From: Nitrosomonadales bacterium
GTDB taxonomy: Bacteria; Pseudomonadota; Gammaproteobacteria; Burkholderiales; SG8-39
Length of the DNA stretch: 64,000 nt
Direction: 5' to 3'
Assembly: GCA_005240145.1 (NCBI GenBank)
Contig: SBAS01000088.1
Location: 4,925-68,924, forward strand
Below the pieces are notes generated by a model that did not search any database, was not told the DNA's origin, and saw nothing but the letters and a program-made list of their open reading frames with translations. Both the position numbers and the translations under genes were made by a program. This document shows positions 63,177 to 64,000 of this stretch, in pieces; the first letter of the stretch is position 1; each line of letters starts with the position of its first letter.

Positions 63177-64000
63177 ATGGATCCAAGGCGCGCTGACCGG
63201 CGCATCCTGATTTACAGCCACGACACGATGGGGCTGGGGCACCTGCGCCGCTGCCGCACCATCGCGCATTCGCTGGTGGAGAAATTCAAACAGGTGTCGG
63301 TGCTGATCCTGTCGGGCTCGCCGATCATCGGCTCGTTCGATTTCAGGGCGCGGGTCGATTTCGTGCGCATTCCGGGGGTCATCAAGCTGCGCAGCGGCGA
63401 GTACACCTCGCTCAACCTGCACATCGATATCGAGCAGACACTGAAGCTGCGCGGTTCGATCATCCGCCACACCGCGGAAATGTTCGAGCCGGACCTGTTC
63501 ATCGTCGACAAGGAGCCGATGGGCCTGCGCGGCGAGGTGCTCGAGACGCTCGAGCTGCTCAAGCCGCGCGGCACGCGGCTGGTCCTCGGCCTGCGCGATG
63601 TGCTCGATGAGCCGCGCCTGCTGGAGTCGGAGTGGCGAAGGAAGAACGTGCTGCCGGCCCTGCGCGAGCTCTACGACGAGATCTGGGTCTACGGCTTGCC
63701 GCAGATCTGCGATCCGCTCGAAGGCGTGTCGCTGCCGATAGCGGTGCGCCAGAAGATGGTCTACACCGGCTACCTGCACCGCGAGGTGGCGACGCACGGC
63801 GCGCCGCCGCGCCTGCCGGAAATAACCAACCGGCCCTACCTGCTGGTCACCACCGGCGGCGGCGGCGACGGCGAGGCGCTGATCGAGTGGGTGCTGCGCG
63901 CCTACGAACACGACCCGCTGCTGCCCTATCCGGCGCTGCTGGTGCTGGGGCCCTTCATGCAGCCCGAGCGCCAGGCGGAATTCATGGACCGCGCCGCACG
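63177..64000 (+). CDS. glycosyltransferase (GT1/GT28-like fold), 3' end outside window
   Basis: My own translation from ATG 63177: MDPRRADRRILIYSHDTMGLGHLRRCRTIAHSL...LVTTGGGGDG... The frame stays open to the window end. Not in the track because no stop is reached. Confidence 0.6.
   Translation, partial: MDPRRADRRILIYSHDTMGLGHLRRCRTIAHSLVEKFKQVSVLILSGSPIIGSFDFRARVDFVRIPGVIKLRSGEYTSLNLHIDIEQTLKLRGSIIRHTAEMFEPDLFIVDKEPMGLRGEVLETLELLKPRGTRLVLGLRDVLDEPRLLESEWRRKNVLPALRELYDEIWVYGLPQICDPLEGVSLPIAVRQKMVYTGYLHREVATHGAPPRLPEITNRPYLLVTTGGGGDGEALIEWVLRAYEHDPLLPYPALLVLGPFMQPERQAEFMDRAA

Overview
GC-rich proteobacterial chromosome segment. The gene order resembles Pseudomonas and other beta/gamma-proteobacteria: hemA-prfA-prmC-grxD, argH-algZ-algR-hemCDXY, hemF, purD-purH-fis-dusB, ubiH-pepP, murU-amgK divergent from lptD-surA-rsmA, gloA, plsC-gmhB-glyS-glyQ-lnt-corC-ybeY-phoH-miaB, one tRNA(CAT), dsbC and mltA. 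All family calls rest on reading motifs in the translated ORFs; no searches were run.

Four accessory patches interrupt this housekeeping backbone:
- 1-7.86 kb: a degenerate mobile-element mosaic. It holds a P4-type primase-helicase, an iteron array, a TerB-like/BRCT cargo gene, an AlpA-like HTH gene and an orphan tape-measure fragment. It ends in a deletion scar inside an amidohydrolase gene.
- 14.4-21.45 kb, between grxD and argH: an IS91-type transposase remnant; a 4.2-kb exported formamidase / HupE-UreJ_2 module bracketed by a ~52-bp direct repeat; a panE remnant; two type II toxin-antitoxin (TA) modules; and a Ser/Thr kinase fused to a cyclic-nucleotide-binding (cNMP) domain that has no canonical start codon.
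- 28.77-29.23 kb: a decayed toxin with an intact antitoxin, between hemY and hemF.
- 42.9-46.5 kb, between rsmA and gloA: a ribbon-helix-helix (RHH) gene plus a 59-codon ORF, and an 821-aa membrane Ser/Thr kinase whose unknown C-terminal domain is repeated in frame immediately after its TGA stop.

Other points: algR carries a 1-nt frameshift and the algZ/algR junction is duplicated. A cNMP-gated K+ channel is translationally coupled to a 46-codon membrane ORF. Most of the very long ORFs in the track are antisense or out-of-frame shadows typical of high-GC DNA. No CRISPR array or rRNA was seen.
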